From assembly GCA_904063045.1 (NCBI GenBank), contig CAJFCJ010000006.1:2656946-2720945 (forward strand): DNA of 64,000 bases. Direction: 5' to 3'. Of this stretch, positions 38,594 through 50,680 are shown piece after piece; the first letter of the stretch is position 1; the number at the start of each line of letters is the position of its first letter. Under the pieces are notes generated by a model. It made no database searches, was not told the DNA's origin, and saw nothing but the letters and a program-made list of their open reading frames with translations. Made by a program: the position numbers and the translations under genes. Source of the stretch: Dimorphilus gyrociliatus (taxonomy: Eukaryota; Animalia; Annelida).

Positions 38594-41102
38594 ATGAATA
38601 AAATACTTGAACATATAGCTATAGTATATAACCTATTACTCGTACAAATCATACGGAGAATATTAAATATTGAAGATATTCAATTTTATAAAGTATTTAA
38701 AGATAATTTATTGACAAAAAACCAAGCTAATATTATCAAATTTAGTGTTGACCTCTTCTCAAATAAATTCGATATTTCAATAAAATCTAATTGTTCATCT
38801 ATAAATTCAAATTTGATCGGAAAAATAGGAAATAGAAAGATGAAAATGATATGTTACAGTGGCTACGTTGTCAATTCGACTGATATGGATAAGATAGGTT
38901 CATTAGTTTATGGTTCGTTGGTGAATAGGTCATTTTCCGGTTTAATTTATCTTAGAAACTATACTTTATTGTTGAAAAATTTTAACAATAAAGATTATTT
39001 ATCAAGCACAAAAAGTAGACGTTTCAAAAGGAATACAAAGAAGACTAAGAGAAGAGTTTGTACTGTTCATTTCTTCGCCGACCATCTTTTTTACAAGTTT
39101 CATAATTATGAATCCTCTAGAGTTCTAGCAGATATATTTTCTATGGTACACGATATTAATCATATTTATTCATTAACGGACTTTGATGAAGACGGTCAAG
39201 CTGATAGTATAGGCGTTTCTCTGGTTGGTGTGACGATTGTAACAGATCGCCAATCTAGAGAGGATAACTACGCTTTGAGCGGTAATTTAGAAATGGCCGA
39301 AGAATACTTAACAAGATTTAGCCTATATAATTTCTCTAACGTTTGCGCTGCAATAGCTTTAACCAATAGACCTTTTAAAGATCGTGTGGGTAATATTAGG
39401 ATAAAGTAGTATTAGTTTTTTGTTACTTTTAATACGCCATCTACTGTTTTAAGTTTAAACACACACTTATTTCTATATAGGAAACAGGGTAAATGGAGTA
39501 ACTTATAGAGTGGACCCTAATAATAAATATTTTAAGTTTTATGGAATTTGTGCTAAACCATTTCAATATTTGGGCCCAAGATATAAGAACGTCCTAGTTA
39601 CAACAGCAAAAAATACAAAATCCTTGAAGAGGATTGAAAGAACTGCCACAATAGCGCATGAATTGGGTCATATGTTTGGGGCTTATCATGACGATCCAAT
39701 GGACCCTCTTTGTTCGCCTGATACCGTAAACGGCTTTTATATTATGCATACCCATGCGATAAATGGCTATCTCTTTAATAACAATAAATTTTCTCCCTGT
39801 TCAAAGAGGAGAATGAGCAAAGTTTTGCAACTTCGTAGCGACTGCTTGAAAGAAGAGAAAACTGTTTGCGGTAAGATCTCTTCAACATTTCAAGTAGTTT
39901 ATCATAGATATTGTTTAATGAGGAAATTTTTTGCCAGGTAACGGAATTGTTGAAGAAGGAGAAGAGTGCGATTGTGGTACAGTCGACACATGCGACACTA
40001 TAGACAAATGTTGTACACCGTCAGACGTTCCACTCACTTCTTTAGATCGTCCTTGTTCAATAAGAAGTTCGGCTGGCTATTTATGCACGCCTTCTACAGG
40101 AACATGTTGTACTTTAAATTGCAAATATAAACCTAGAGGTGAGGTATGCGGATACTCCTCAGAGTGTAGAAAAACCCCAACTTGTACAGGGATTTCGAGA
40201 TTTTGTATGATAGGCGAAGCGTTGAAGGACGGAACGTTGTGCGCCAATGGCCATCAAAGTTGCAAACAAGGAGAATGCTCCCAAAGTCTATGCTTTGCGA
40301 AAGGACTAAGAGGTCAATAATTTATAACTTAACTTTCAGAAAGAATAAGAGTAAAGTATCATCACTAAAGATATACAGTAGATACAGTATATTATATTAT
40401 TATATATAGTTTGATATAACCCAAATACTGAAAAGAATGAATTGTTGATCTCTTTATCGTCTATTGGAAATATTAACAGATTGTGAATGTATTCATAATA
40501 AGTGTCTGACCTGCTGTATCACAGATGGCAGATGCAAGCCTATTATCCCCAAAGTTTACAAATTGGTAGGCAAGTCTTGCAACTATAGCTTTGGTTATTG
40601 CGATAAAAATCGTATATGCAAACGATTGAAAGTATCGTCAGATGTAATTGATGAGGAAATTGTAGGATCAAAAGTTATACTTATTATAGATAAAATAAAG
40701 AGAAATTGGATATACGTAGTCTCATCCTTCGTTTTAACAGTTCTAGTCATTTCGGCTGTCAATCATAATTATCTCTCGTCTAAAAATCGATTATCAACGA
40801 ATATCAGTGGTATAGAATTTGTAAAGAAGACTATATCTTGTAACAGTTTACAAGAAATGGAACAATTAGCTAAGGATGCCGTAAATGAGCTTGGGAGTAA
40901 ACTTATTAGCCTTAATACCGAATATAAGCGAATCTTGGTTATATTGGAATCTGAAAATATTTATAGGACAAGTGAAAAGGTTATCAAGAGGATCCATACA
41001 CTATTTCCTCTTATCTCAACGAAAAGGATTTCGGAGGATATAAAACGATTTTCTTCTGAAAGACTATTGATAGAATATTACCTGAGGGGTGATGCAGAGT
41101 GA
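38594..41102 (+). CDS. Divergent ADAM10/ADAM17-like metalloprotease-disintegrin, 4 exons
   Basis: Furin site RRFKR, zinc motif HELGHMFGAYHD, Met-turn 'YIMH', disintegrin 'CGNGIVEEGEECDCG', Cys-rich domain, TM 'WIYVVSSFVLTVLVISAV'. Confidence 0.9.
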
Positions 41103-42956
41103 CCATTTTACCTTCTCTTTTAAATTATTATAATATTAGCTAAAAAAAATTCGAATAATCCGATTTTGCATCACTCCTTTTTTTCTTCGTTTTCCTGAAG
41201 ATTGCCAATTTAAATTATTTACAATTCAGCCGGAAATAAACCAAATCTTATTCGACTCGAATACTATCCAGAACTATGATTATTCTAATATTCAATTTGA
41301 TCCTTGTACATTGCCTCAGTTTACAGAGAGATTGTTAATGAGAGATTCAAAATTTCATAAATATTAATATTGTTTTTTATTAGTAAGTAATAGTCTTAGT
41401 GTTCTATTTCAATTATTAAAGATAGTATTAAAAACTTTGTAATTAAAAAATGAACAACTATCCTATATTTTTCTTCTTTATCCTCTTAATTAGTCAAATA
41501 TTTATTTGTTTACTTTTTCTCTAATTACATTTTTATTGTATAGATTATTTATGAAGAATTATTGAATAATTTAATATTTTAATGTGTTTTTTCTTTATTT
41601 TTTTTTAATACGACTTTTAGAAAGTCTTTAATTTCTATAGTATTAATAATAATGATATTAATACTTTATAAATATCTATTAGCTAGATTGAAATGCCGGC
41701 TAAAGATTTAGCGCAACCTAGTGTCAAGAGTTACATATTTACGAAACAAGAAGATATGGTACCATCAGTATTTTCGTTTTTGATAGAGCGCACTTGAAAA
41801 GGAAATATTTATTATATATTACACTAGTGAGCATAGTTTATTATCTCTTTATCTCTCTCTCTCGTTTTTTCTTTTTGGTAATGTTATAGATAAATAACAT
41901 GAAATGATTTCCCAATTAGATGATGGAAAATAAACTATATTTACATATATATATATACTTATTTAATTCTTTAATAAAAATAGTAATTTTGCGAATACAA
42001 AGAACATTATATCTTTGTTTTCGTATCAAAATACTTAAAGAAATTATAAATTTAAACACGATGTTTTTTTTGTGAAAGGAGAATATTTAAGAAATACACC
42101 TTCTCCGATCATTATAGGATCTTAAAATAGTATTTTCCCATAGAAAAAACTGAGTATTATGTCATTGAAATAGATTTATTAGTTCGCAATTCTTTGAAGA
42201 TACTATTCGAGTTGATTATATTGAAGAAACCGAGGCAACACTTTAGTGCGATATCCTTTCCTTTTTCTTCTCTACGTCGGTATCTCGCTGTCTCAGTAAA
42301 TCCAATATTAAGGTTATCAGGATAAAAGGATAATTATAAAGAATTTTTTTTATTAAAGTAACTTATTTTAAACTTTGTGGTTATTATTAATATAGTAAAT
42401 ACTCTGGTTTTTTTTATAGAAAGACTTTATTAGAAGGACATATATACTGTATATGATCTTTTATATATTCTTTATACTAAAATATAGCACTTTGTCGGGT
42501 AATGAGTAGAGTAAGTTGTTCGATAAAAAAAATCTGGGGCGAGTGATGAGGGGGTGTAGAAATGGAAGTGAATATAGATATCAATACTCTTTCTCTATAT
42601 ATGGCACATATAAAGTCAAGAGTTAGGCGATGGACATTTTATAGTATAAAAATTGGAAATCAACTATTAGATTAGATATTCCAATCGGAAAAGATGAGAG
42701 AAAAGAACCAAATAAGCTCAATAGAACTTGTTACTTCCTATTAGATACTTACTTAAATTTTAATTAAAGCGATGATTGGCCAACCTAACATAACTCATAT
42801 TGGTCGATATATTTGCTTCTAGTCTTAAAACGTTACTGTTAATAAGAGTAAGAAGACTTTTGAATAAATAAAAAATACTCTTAATCCTAGCTTTATTAGA
42901 ACTTTTTCTCACAGGATACCTAAAGATATAATTTCGAGCGCCCTCTATTTATTACA

Positions 42957-43466
42957 ATGACTGGTGAGAAGTTTATACCAAAAATGTGCAGCGAAAAACA
43001 GACACGACATAGTAGACGTCGTAGATGCCATGAAACACCGAAAGACGTCGACTGCAAACCGTACGAAGACAAATTCATCGGCGGCACCCGTGATAATACC
43101 AAACTGAAACTGATGAGAAGTCTAAAACTTATACCTAAGGCTGAAGCCGAAGAGATGAAGAAAAGAAGGTCGAAACGTAGCACAGCTAATCCCCATTTTA
43201 GCTTTATCAGGGAGAGGTCATCTACTTTCTACTACACACTGAATTCAAGGTTGAAGAGCTTAGAGGAAGAGAAGAGTAGACTAAATGAAACTATCAGAAG
43301 GGATTATTTATGTTTGGAAATGAAAAAACAAAAGCGAGAAGAACTTAGAGAGGTTCTAAGAGACTTAGTCGAATCGAATGAAACAAAAAGAATTCAAATG
43401 GAAAAACTTATAAAGGTCAAGGACTTAAAGAATTTTTTATCTACCGAACTCTTTCCTAATCCATAA
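42957..43466 (+). CDS. PHF21A/B (BHC80)-like protein lacking the PHD finger, single coding exon
   Basis: 'KLKLMRSLKLIPKAEAEEMKKRRSKRSTANPHFS' resembles PHF21 'KLAFMVSLGLVT...[21 protein letters not shown]'. The C-terminal coiled coil contains 'CLEMK'. A 5'UTR acceptor lies at 42914. Confidence 0.6.
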   Translation: MTGEKFIPKMCSEKQTRHSRRRRCHETPKDVDCKPYEDKFIGGTRDNTKLKLMRSLKLIPKAEAEEMKKRRSKRSTANPHFSFIRERSSTFYYTLNSRLKSLEEEKSRLNETIRRDYLCLEMKKQKREELREVLRDLVESNETKRIQMEKLIKVKDLKNFLSTELFPNP

Positions 43467-44045
43467 TGGTGTTTTTTTTTTTAAAAAAATACCAAGTGCA
43501 AAATTAACTACATTAGCGCATTTTCTATTTGTTTGTGCTGGATTATTATTGAACTTAAAATAAAAAATCTATTCGAATTTATCTTTTCTTTTACAATTTA
43601 ATAAAAGAAGAATAAAGAAATGAATAAAACTAAGAAATAGATGGAAATTTTGATGACCTTTCAACAGCTATTGACGTCATTACTTATTGGTGATATTAAA
43701 TTTGGGGATTAAAGAATATTAAATAAAATGTATTCTATATAATTAAACTAAATAGAAAGTTAGAAGTCTTAGAAATGTCTTATTTATGTAAGTAAGATTA
43801 ATTAATTAAAAAAAAAACCAGATTCTAATTATATCCTATTAAGAATTGTCTCAATTGTTTTACTGGGCTTTTAAATCGTTTTTTCTCTCTTTTTAAGTCT
43901 TCCTCTCATTTCCCTTGTAGTTTAACAGAGATATTTTATAAATAATAGTTTGGTTTTGCTAGTTTATTTAAATTATAGGTTTCAGGAGCTTTTTTCTCTT
44001 TAAACAACATATAAAAATAGCTTTTACTCTATTAGACTAAGTTTC

Positions 44046-44978
44046 CTACGCATCTCTTTCAACTTTAAGATCCATACCAATTCTGTTAAAGAGAAAAATT
44101 ATAAAGATACAAAAAAAGCTTTATAGTATTGACTTACTTATGCCTTCCTTTATTTTTTCCCTTTTTTTGACTGCGAATTGGTCCACTTTGAGAGCCATGC
44201 TTATTTGAACTGGTATCTGAGAGCATTGAAGACAGGGAATTTCCTCCATTCTCATTGCCAATTTCTTATTGAAACAATATTAATAACAATAATAATAATA
44301 AAGACAAAATAATATATAAAGCGATTTTATGTAATTCTCAAAGTGATATTTTACCTCCTGAGTAGTCGACACCTGAACGACCATCACCACCTCCGGCGAC
44401 TAAAGATTATAAAAGATAACCAGGTAGTGTAAATTAATTATACTCACTTCTATCAAGTTGTTCCGCAATAGAACTTACAGCCTGAAGATATAAAAACGGC
44501 TAATTACACTCTGATTAAAGCTTAAAGAAAAAACATACAGCAGCAGAAGTGACAGAACTTTTCGAGAAGAGTCGATCAGCTTCCTTAAATTTCCTGTTTC
44601 TTTTATCTGCCTTACTATTAGTTGAATTTCGACTATGAAACGAGATAATATTTGTTAAAATTGTGATTGGCGTTGGCTCCTAAAATTTACCGGGCAACTT
44701 ACTTATTATTTGTTAGATAGCGATCCCATCCTCTGATAATGTTACCATATTGCTGAGTATCTTCTAAATAGCTTCCTTCAAATGCATAAATTTGCCGTTC
44801 TAGTGTTGCAAGAGAATCCTTAAAAAGAAATAGTGTACTATTATTTACAATTTTGAAAATAAACTTGAACATTGCATAATCATTAAAAAAATTAATTTCT
44901 TACGGCTATTTCGGCTCTCCGCTTTACAAGCTCGGTCAACTCTGCTCGTGTATCGACTATCTGTTGTGGCTTCGACAT
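44046..44978 (-). CDS. MEAF6: Chromatin modification-related protein MEAF6/Eaf6, 7 small exons (absent from ORF track)
   Basis: Hand-spliced: [25 protein letters not shown]|[38 protein letters not shown]|...[22 protein letters not shown]|...|[11 protein letters not shown]. Confidence 0.95.
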
Positions 44979-45040
44979 TATTTACAAATCAATTTGACGA
45001 GAAACAGTAAACCGAGATCAAAAACGTGAACAACCCATAA

Positions 45041-45260
45041 AAAATGGCGGCTAAACGATTAGCAGACGACCACTAAAATTAAAACTGCTCGCAAACCGCT
45101 AGAAAAGAGGGTAAATATAAAAATATTTATAAATTTAAAATATTCAATTATGAATACATTTTTAGGTAATTATGTACTTGAAAAAAGTTATGTAAATGTT
45201 CAGAGTTTGGACACTGTAGAATTGGAACAGAATTTCGTTTGGAGATGGCAGCCGCCATTT
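45041..45260. promoter_or_regulatory. MEAF6/CFAP418 bidirectional promoter with two opposed YY1-type motifs
   Basis: AAAATGGCGGCT at 45041-45052 on the plus strand and GCCGCCATTT at 45251-45260 (AAATGGCGGC on the minus strand). Confidence 0.5.
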
Positions 45261-45340
45261 GTAAACAAATATAAACACCACTTGACTACGTTCAGTTTTT
45301 ATCTATAGTAAATTTTGAAAAGGTAACAACTGATTCCAAT

Positions 45341-46307
45341 ATGGCAGATGATATAGATGACTTATTGGCCGAAGTTGAAAGTGAATATTTATCTGGAGGA
45401 AAAACTACCTGTTCGAAAGGAAAACCGTCCATAAAGAAATCAAAAGGCGATCATTCGTAAGATTAGTAGCTATAGCTTAGATAATTGTCTCTAAATAATT
45501 TTTCTTTCAAAAAAGATCGAGAACTGATGAATTAAATGACTTACTAGATGATTTAAAGATAGAGCCTATACCTGAAATAAAGCACAAAGTAATTATTTCC
45601 GAACCATTAAACAAATCTGGAAATTATTCCAAATGCATGCCAACTTGTATTGGAGGTAGTAATGATACAATTGGTCTTTCAACTGCACTCGAGAAAAAGT
45701 TCGTTTAATTTTTTAAAAAAAAAAAGATTTAGTATAGTATTATTATAGTGATGTTTGTTTTCCTACTGCTTCTTATAATTATATTGATTCTCCCCTTTTT
45801 TCAAATTAAATTAATTAATACTGTTATTTCCTTTTAGAATAATTTTAGATTAGAAAAGTGGCTTCTGTTTATATATACAGCTGATACTGCATACAATATA
45901 TAAGTTTTAATATAAAGAAATTGCCATAGAAACAATTAATATTTCTGATAAAGAAACTATTTTTCTAATATTTATCTTCCAGATGTTGCTCAAGATTGCG
46001 TTGCACGCATTGTGATTTCAACTTAATCATGGTAGACGATAGAGCATGGCATAAGAGTACAGATTATCTATTTCTAAGAAATAATATGCCCGACATTGAC
46101 AAAATGAAGACTAAGCTAGTTGTAAGAAAAGGTGGGATATATCCCTTTTATGTTTAATTGATCCTTGCTAAATATAAATACTATTGTTTATTAATACGAA
46201 ATATAGGGGGCCGAGCCTACGCCTGCCAGTGTCAATTTAGATCCGTAACCGATTTAGCAGATATCCGCCAAGATACATCGTTAAAATGGGTTTGTGGGAA
46301 ACATTAA
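45341..46307 (+). CDS. CFAP418: Cilia- and flagella-associated protein 418 (C8orf37), 4 small exons (absent from ORF track)
   Basis: 'MADDIDDLLAEVE', 'TCIGGS', 'LRCTHCDFN', 'DYLFLRNNMPD', 'GGRAYACQCQFRSV', ending 'LKWVCGKH*'. Confidence 0.93.
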
Positions 46308-47407
46308 ATGGACGAAGATAAAAAGATAATAACATTTAGAAATATTTTAATTGAAGTGTTCACTAATAGCCATATATTTTAAGGAGAAAAAATAATCAAT
46401 AATAGCAAAATTTTTATTCGTTCAGTCTTGTTTATAATCTAAAAATATCTTGTATTAATGATTAAGCTATATTTTGGATTCTAATCACAAGAATGTAAAT
46501 GAGTAATATGGTTTATTTTACAAATAAAACCTTTAATAGAAATACTAAATATTATATAAAGGTACTTTCTTTTAGATGTATCATTGTTAATTAATTACTT
46601 TTTATACAATTTTTGCAATACAGCAATCTGTCATATTTAAACTATTTGCAGACATTCTTTGAAAGTATTAACTGTCTTAGAGTTAATTGTTTATTCCAAT
46701 TTTTATAATAGCATTTAAATTGTTCGATATTTTTAATTACATTTAATAATGAAAACAGCAATGAAGTTTACAGTTAAGCTAAAGTTTTCTTTCATTTATT
46801 CTAATTGACTGATGTTTTATAACTGTTTACACTATTGTTTATCTTCTATGAAATATCTTAGAAAATGTACATATATATTATAAATGGTATTTACTACTAA
46901 TAACTACTATATGGAAGTAGCTATCTTAGCTAAGCTAATTATTAGTTTAGAGTATAATCAATTCTATTATTTAAAGAACCAAAGCAGAGAAACTTAAGAG
47001 AGATGGAAAGGATTATTCTTTTAGCTTGTTACAGTTTCTCCATTTTAGATTTCTTGTAGTCTAATGTAAGTCAATTACGAAAATTATATAAGAATCACAG
47101 AAAGTATTCCATATGGGAAACCATATTAATATTTTTCATTTGTTCTTTGTAACTATACTCAAATAAAGTAAATTTTTACTTTTAGAACTGCAATCGTATT
47201 GATTTTAACTTCAGTAGCCGAGCATTTAATAGAAATGATAGAAATACGAATGACTTTTCATTGTCGCATAGACTGCAACAACCGTTATGTGTTAGGCGAA
47301 AAGCTTAGAAGAGAGTTTTTAATTATTTCATTACAACGAAAAAATAGTTTAATGATGAATCAAAATTAAACATTTGTCCTACACAATAAAAATATAATAT
47401 GAAAAGT

Positions 47408-50325
47408 CTATCGTCCTTTTTTCTTTTTCTTCTGTTGTCTTCCCGTACCAGCTTTATACGATGTAGGCTTTGCTTGGGGAGGTGGCTGACTAACAGGTGA
47501 GGATTTTGCATCTGAAGCAGTTTTAGAGGCATCCCTAAAACAAGTAAAATTAAAAGAAAGTCGCTTTTGAAAAATATGGGCTCTTACAATTGGACTCCAG
47601 CAGCTGTAACTTGAGCAGCTGAAACACCTTGAGAGCCTTTACCAATTTCCTTCTTCTTGTTTCGTCGTCTACCCCTAAAGTAACTTCTTTCCCTCATTGG
47701 TAACCATCTTTCAGGATCAGGATTACCAGGATTATCAACTCCCTTTGGAAGTTTGGCTGTTAGAGATAAACATTTATTAAGAATATACTTTTATAACACA
47801 TTTCGAATAAGTAGAATATTTACTTTTTCGTTTTTTCTTTTTCTTCTTTTCGATTAATGCATCTCCAGATTTCGAGGCAGAGCCGATTCTCGGCGATTGA
47901 TCTGTTTTACTAGTTACCCTCTTGATATATTTATTACCAAAAGTTCCAACAGCAGCTTCCAGCTCTTTGACATCTATATCGTTGCCTTTTCCATCGTCAA
48001 TAGGTAGTTCCAGAGTTAATCTAGTGGGAAGCAGAGTGAAAGCATTTGAAAAATATACGGAAAGTAAACTTACTTTTTCGCTTTTTCATGATCGTATTTG
48101 GCATATGCAACAATGAGTTGAGCCAATATTTGTTGATTACGTGGGTTTTGTCTAAGTAAAAATCGAAATAAGATTCTAAAAATTCTGGAGAAAATATAAA
48201 CTGACTTTCTAACAAATTCTAATTGAGATGCCGCTTTCTGAGGGGAGTCGTGTTGCATATTAAAATTAGCCGATGTTGTTATTAACTCATTCAAAAAGGC
48301 GCCGTTGGGATCAATTTTTTTATAATGCTCAATGGCCTTATCCAAGACAGATGAAGCAGAATTGACATCTTTAATAGCTACGTATAAAGAAACAAGTGCC
48401 GATATCTGTAATAAGGAAATTTTTAATATTGATTATAATACGATTTATTGTTTAATATTCGAGTTAAAATTTGAGAACTCACAATTCCAGGCTTTTGGGC
48501 GATATCCATGTCACCAAGAACTTTACAGGCACTATTGATATCTTTAGTTAGCAACAACACTTGAGCTAGTGCCATTTTGATTTTCCTACTTCCATCTTTT
48601 TCCGCTTTGGTCTAAGTAATCAAAACGTTTATTTAGTGAATAATTAAAAAAGAAGTAAATAATCTTAATTTCTACCTTCAATAGTTCAACAGCCTTGTTT
48701 GGCTGTTTCTCCTTTAAGAGTGCCGATGCATGAATGAGAAGAGGCACATCACTGTCACTACGACTTTCACTCAGTGCAATGGCTTGTTTCTTACAATTCT
48801 CTAATTGATTTGTATGAAGCATTAACAGACATTGATTAGTATTAACATGCTTTTTTTGAGCAGTCGTAAGCTTTTGTTGAGGTGCATCCGAAGTAACAAT
48901 TTTTAACTTCTTCTTTGAATCAAAAACGTTCTGATCCTTATTTATACATATTATATTGTTGGCAGCAACAGCCATAACTTGCATATCATCAGGTCTTCAA
49001 AATTATAAAGTTCATTAGAATAATACACTTAATAACGCTTTAAAATTTTACTTACTTTTGCTTAATTATCTGATTATAAGTTTGTAGAGCTTCATCTACT
49101 TTTCCTAATTTTTGCAGAGCATAAGCATGTTGAACTCTGCATAATTTATATCTATTATTGTTGACTCGTCTAAAAATTAATATTATTTTACAACCTTATT
49201 GCAGCCACCTCGTTCTCGATTTCGTCAGGATCATCCTCAAATGCTTGTTGACACAACTCTATTAAAAATACAATTCAATTAATTGTCGAAGATTTAAATG
49301 TTTTAAAAACAAAGAAACTCAAGTTTACCTTCTGCTTCTTTCAGTTTTTCAATAGCATCTTCATATTTTTCGCATGCTGCTAAATGGCAAGCTTGATTAA
49401 AAACTGTTTCGTAGGTACCACCGTCAAAATCGGATATCTGATAGTTTAATTTAAATTTTATGTCAGAAAAATATTACCCGAAATGTTTCATCTCTTACCG
49501 GATGGTCTTGACCGGAAAATTGACATGCTGCAATTGCAGCAGTAAGATTTGTAAGTCTTTCAGCTTCAAATTCATCTTGACTATTCTTGACGAGGTCCTT
49601 GTAAATTTTATAACTATCGTTGAACATTTCCAATTTATATTGCTATGGAAAGAATTTATTTCTGTAATGTTGATATTATTTGAATCGGTATTCTACTCAC
49701 GATTTGAGCCAATAATTCTCGCTCTCTATCCGATGGATCCTCGGTTGATAAGAGGAGATTCATAGCTTCATTTGGCTTATTCAACCGATAGTAGCAGTAT
49801 GCTCTCTCGAAAACCAGTCCACTGTAATAGCATATTGAGCTCAAAAAGTTAATGTATTTTAAAAAATATTTACCCAATCTCAGATGTTAACTTATCATTT
49901 TTACCAATTCTTTCTAATGCTTCCTCAAATTTACTTTCTTGAATAAGGCAAACAATACGGCAGTGGAAAGCCTTCTTGTTGTGTGGTTCTTCATTCAAGA
50001 CTGGATATTTAAAAAAGAAAATATTTATAAGAAATCTTTTGCCCTCTAATGCAATTAAAATTATTTTTCAGATAGGCATGTTTATCTTTATCATGAGAGA
50101 AAATCAAGACTTCGTTAATATTAGATAATGATGTTGACTTCTCTTGAAATTGTGTGCCACGTGCTCAAATATGAATTATTAGAGCATTTTAACCGTAAAA
50201 AATTATGACAACTAACTTTTATTGCAAACTTTTAAAGCCTTGTTATACTGTTCGCTCTGTTCAAAGCGAATTAAATCGCTAAATAAGTTTTTAACTCGTG
50301 TTTCCTTTTCATCTTTATCTGCCAT
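47408..50325 (-). CDS. SRP72: Signal recognition particle subunit SRP72, many exons
   Basis: TPR-type N-terminus, 'FERAYCYYRLNK', 'VAANNIICINKDQNVFDSKKK', RNA-binding 'PDPERWLPMRERSYFRGRRRNKKKEIGKGSQG'. The last exon ends QQKKKKKGR*. Confidence 0.95.
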
Positions 50326-50420
50326 GTTGGCTTCTGTAAAACTGGTAAAGATTTGTCTTACAGTACCCCACAATACCGGATATAAATTTTTTAAATATAC
50401 TCAAGTTAGGCATACCGTTT

Positions 50421-50430
50421 GTCACGTGAC
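50421..50430. promoter_or_regulatory. Palindromic E-box GTCACGTGAC in the SRP72/DHX16 bidirectional promoter
   Basis: Perfect 10-bp palindrome inside a 355-bp head-to-head intergenic gap. Confidence 0.5.
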
Positions 50431-50680
50431 TCGACTGGTCTCTATGTTTGACCAATTTAATGTCTATAAAGCGTGTATAATGAAAGGATAACTGGTGCCT
50501 ATCTCGAATTGTCTCAAATATATTTTTTAAAAGTATATAAGTGATTTATTCTGCTGCATTATAATTAATACTAATTTGAAAAGGAACTAAAAGTTTCAGA
50601 AAAGGCTACCGGCCTCGGTGGATAAGTTCTTTCTTGAATTCTCTTTATTCCTATATATCGCTCAACGTCTAAACTTCGTT

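Noticed and set aside
41140-41364. Start-less open frame of about 75 codons after the ADAM stop
   Set aside because: It could be an alternative ADAM terminal exon, but no convincing phase-matched donor and no known motif were found.
47323-47532. ORF MPLKLLQMQNP...
   Set aside because: Wrong frame of the SRP72 last exon; the true frame ends QQKKKKKGR*.
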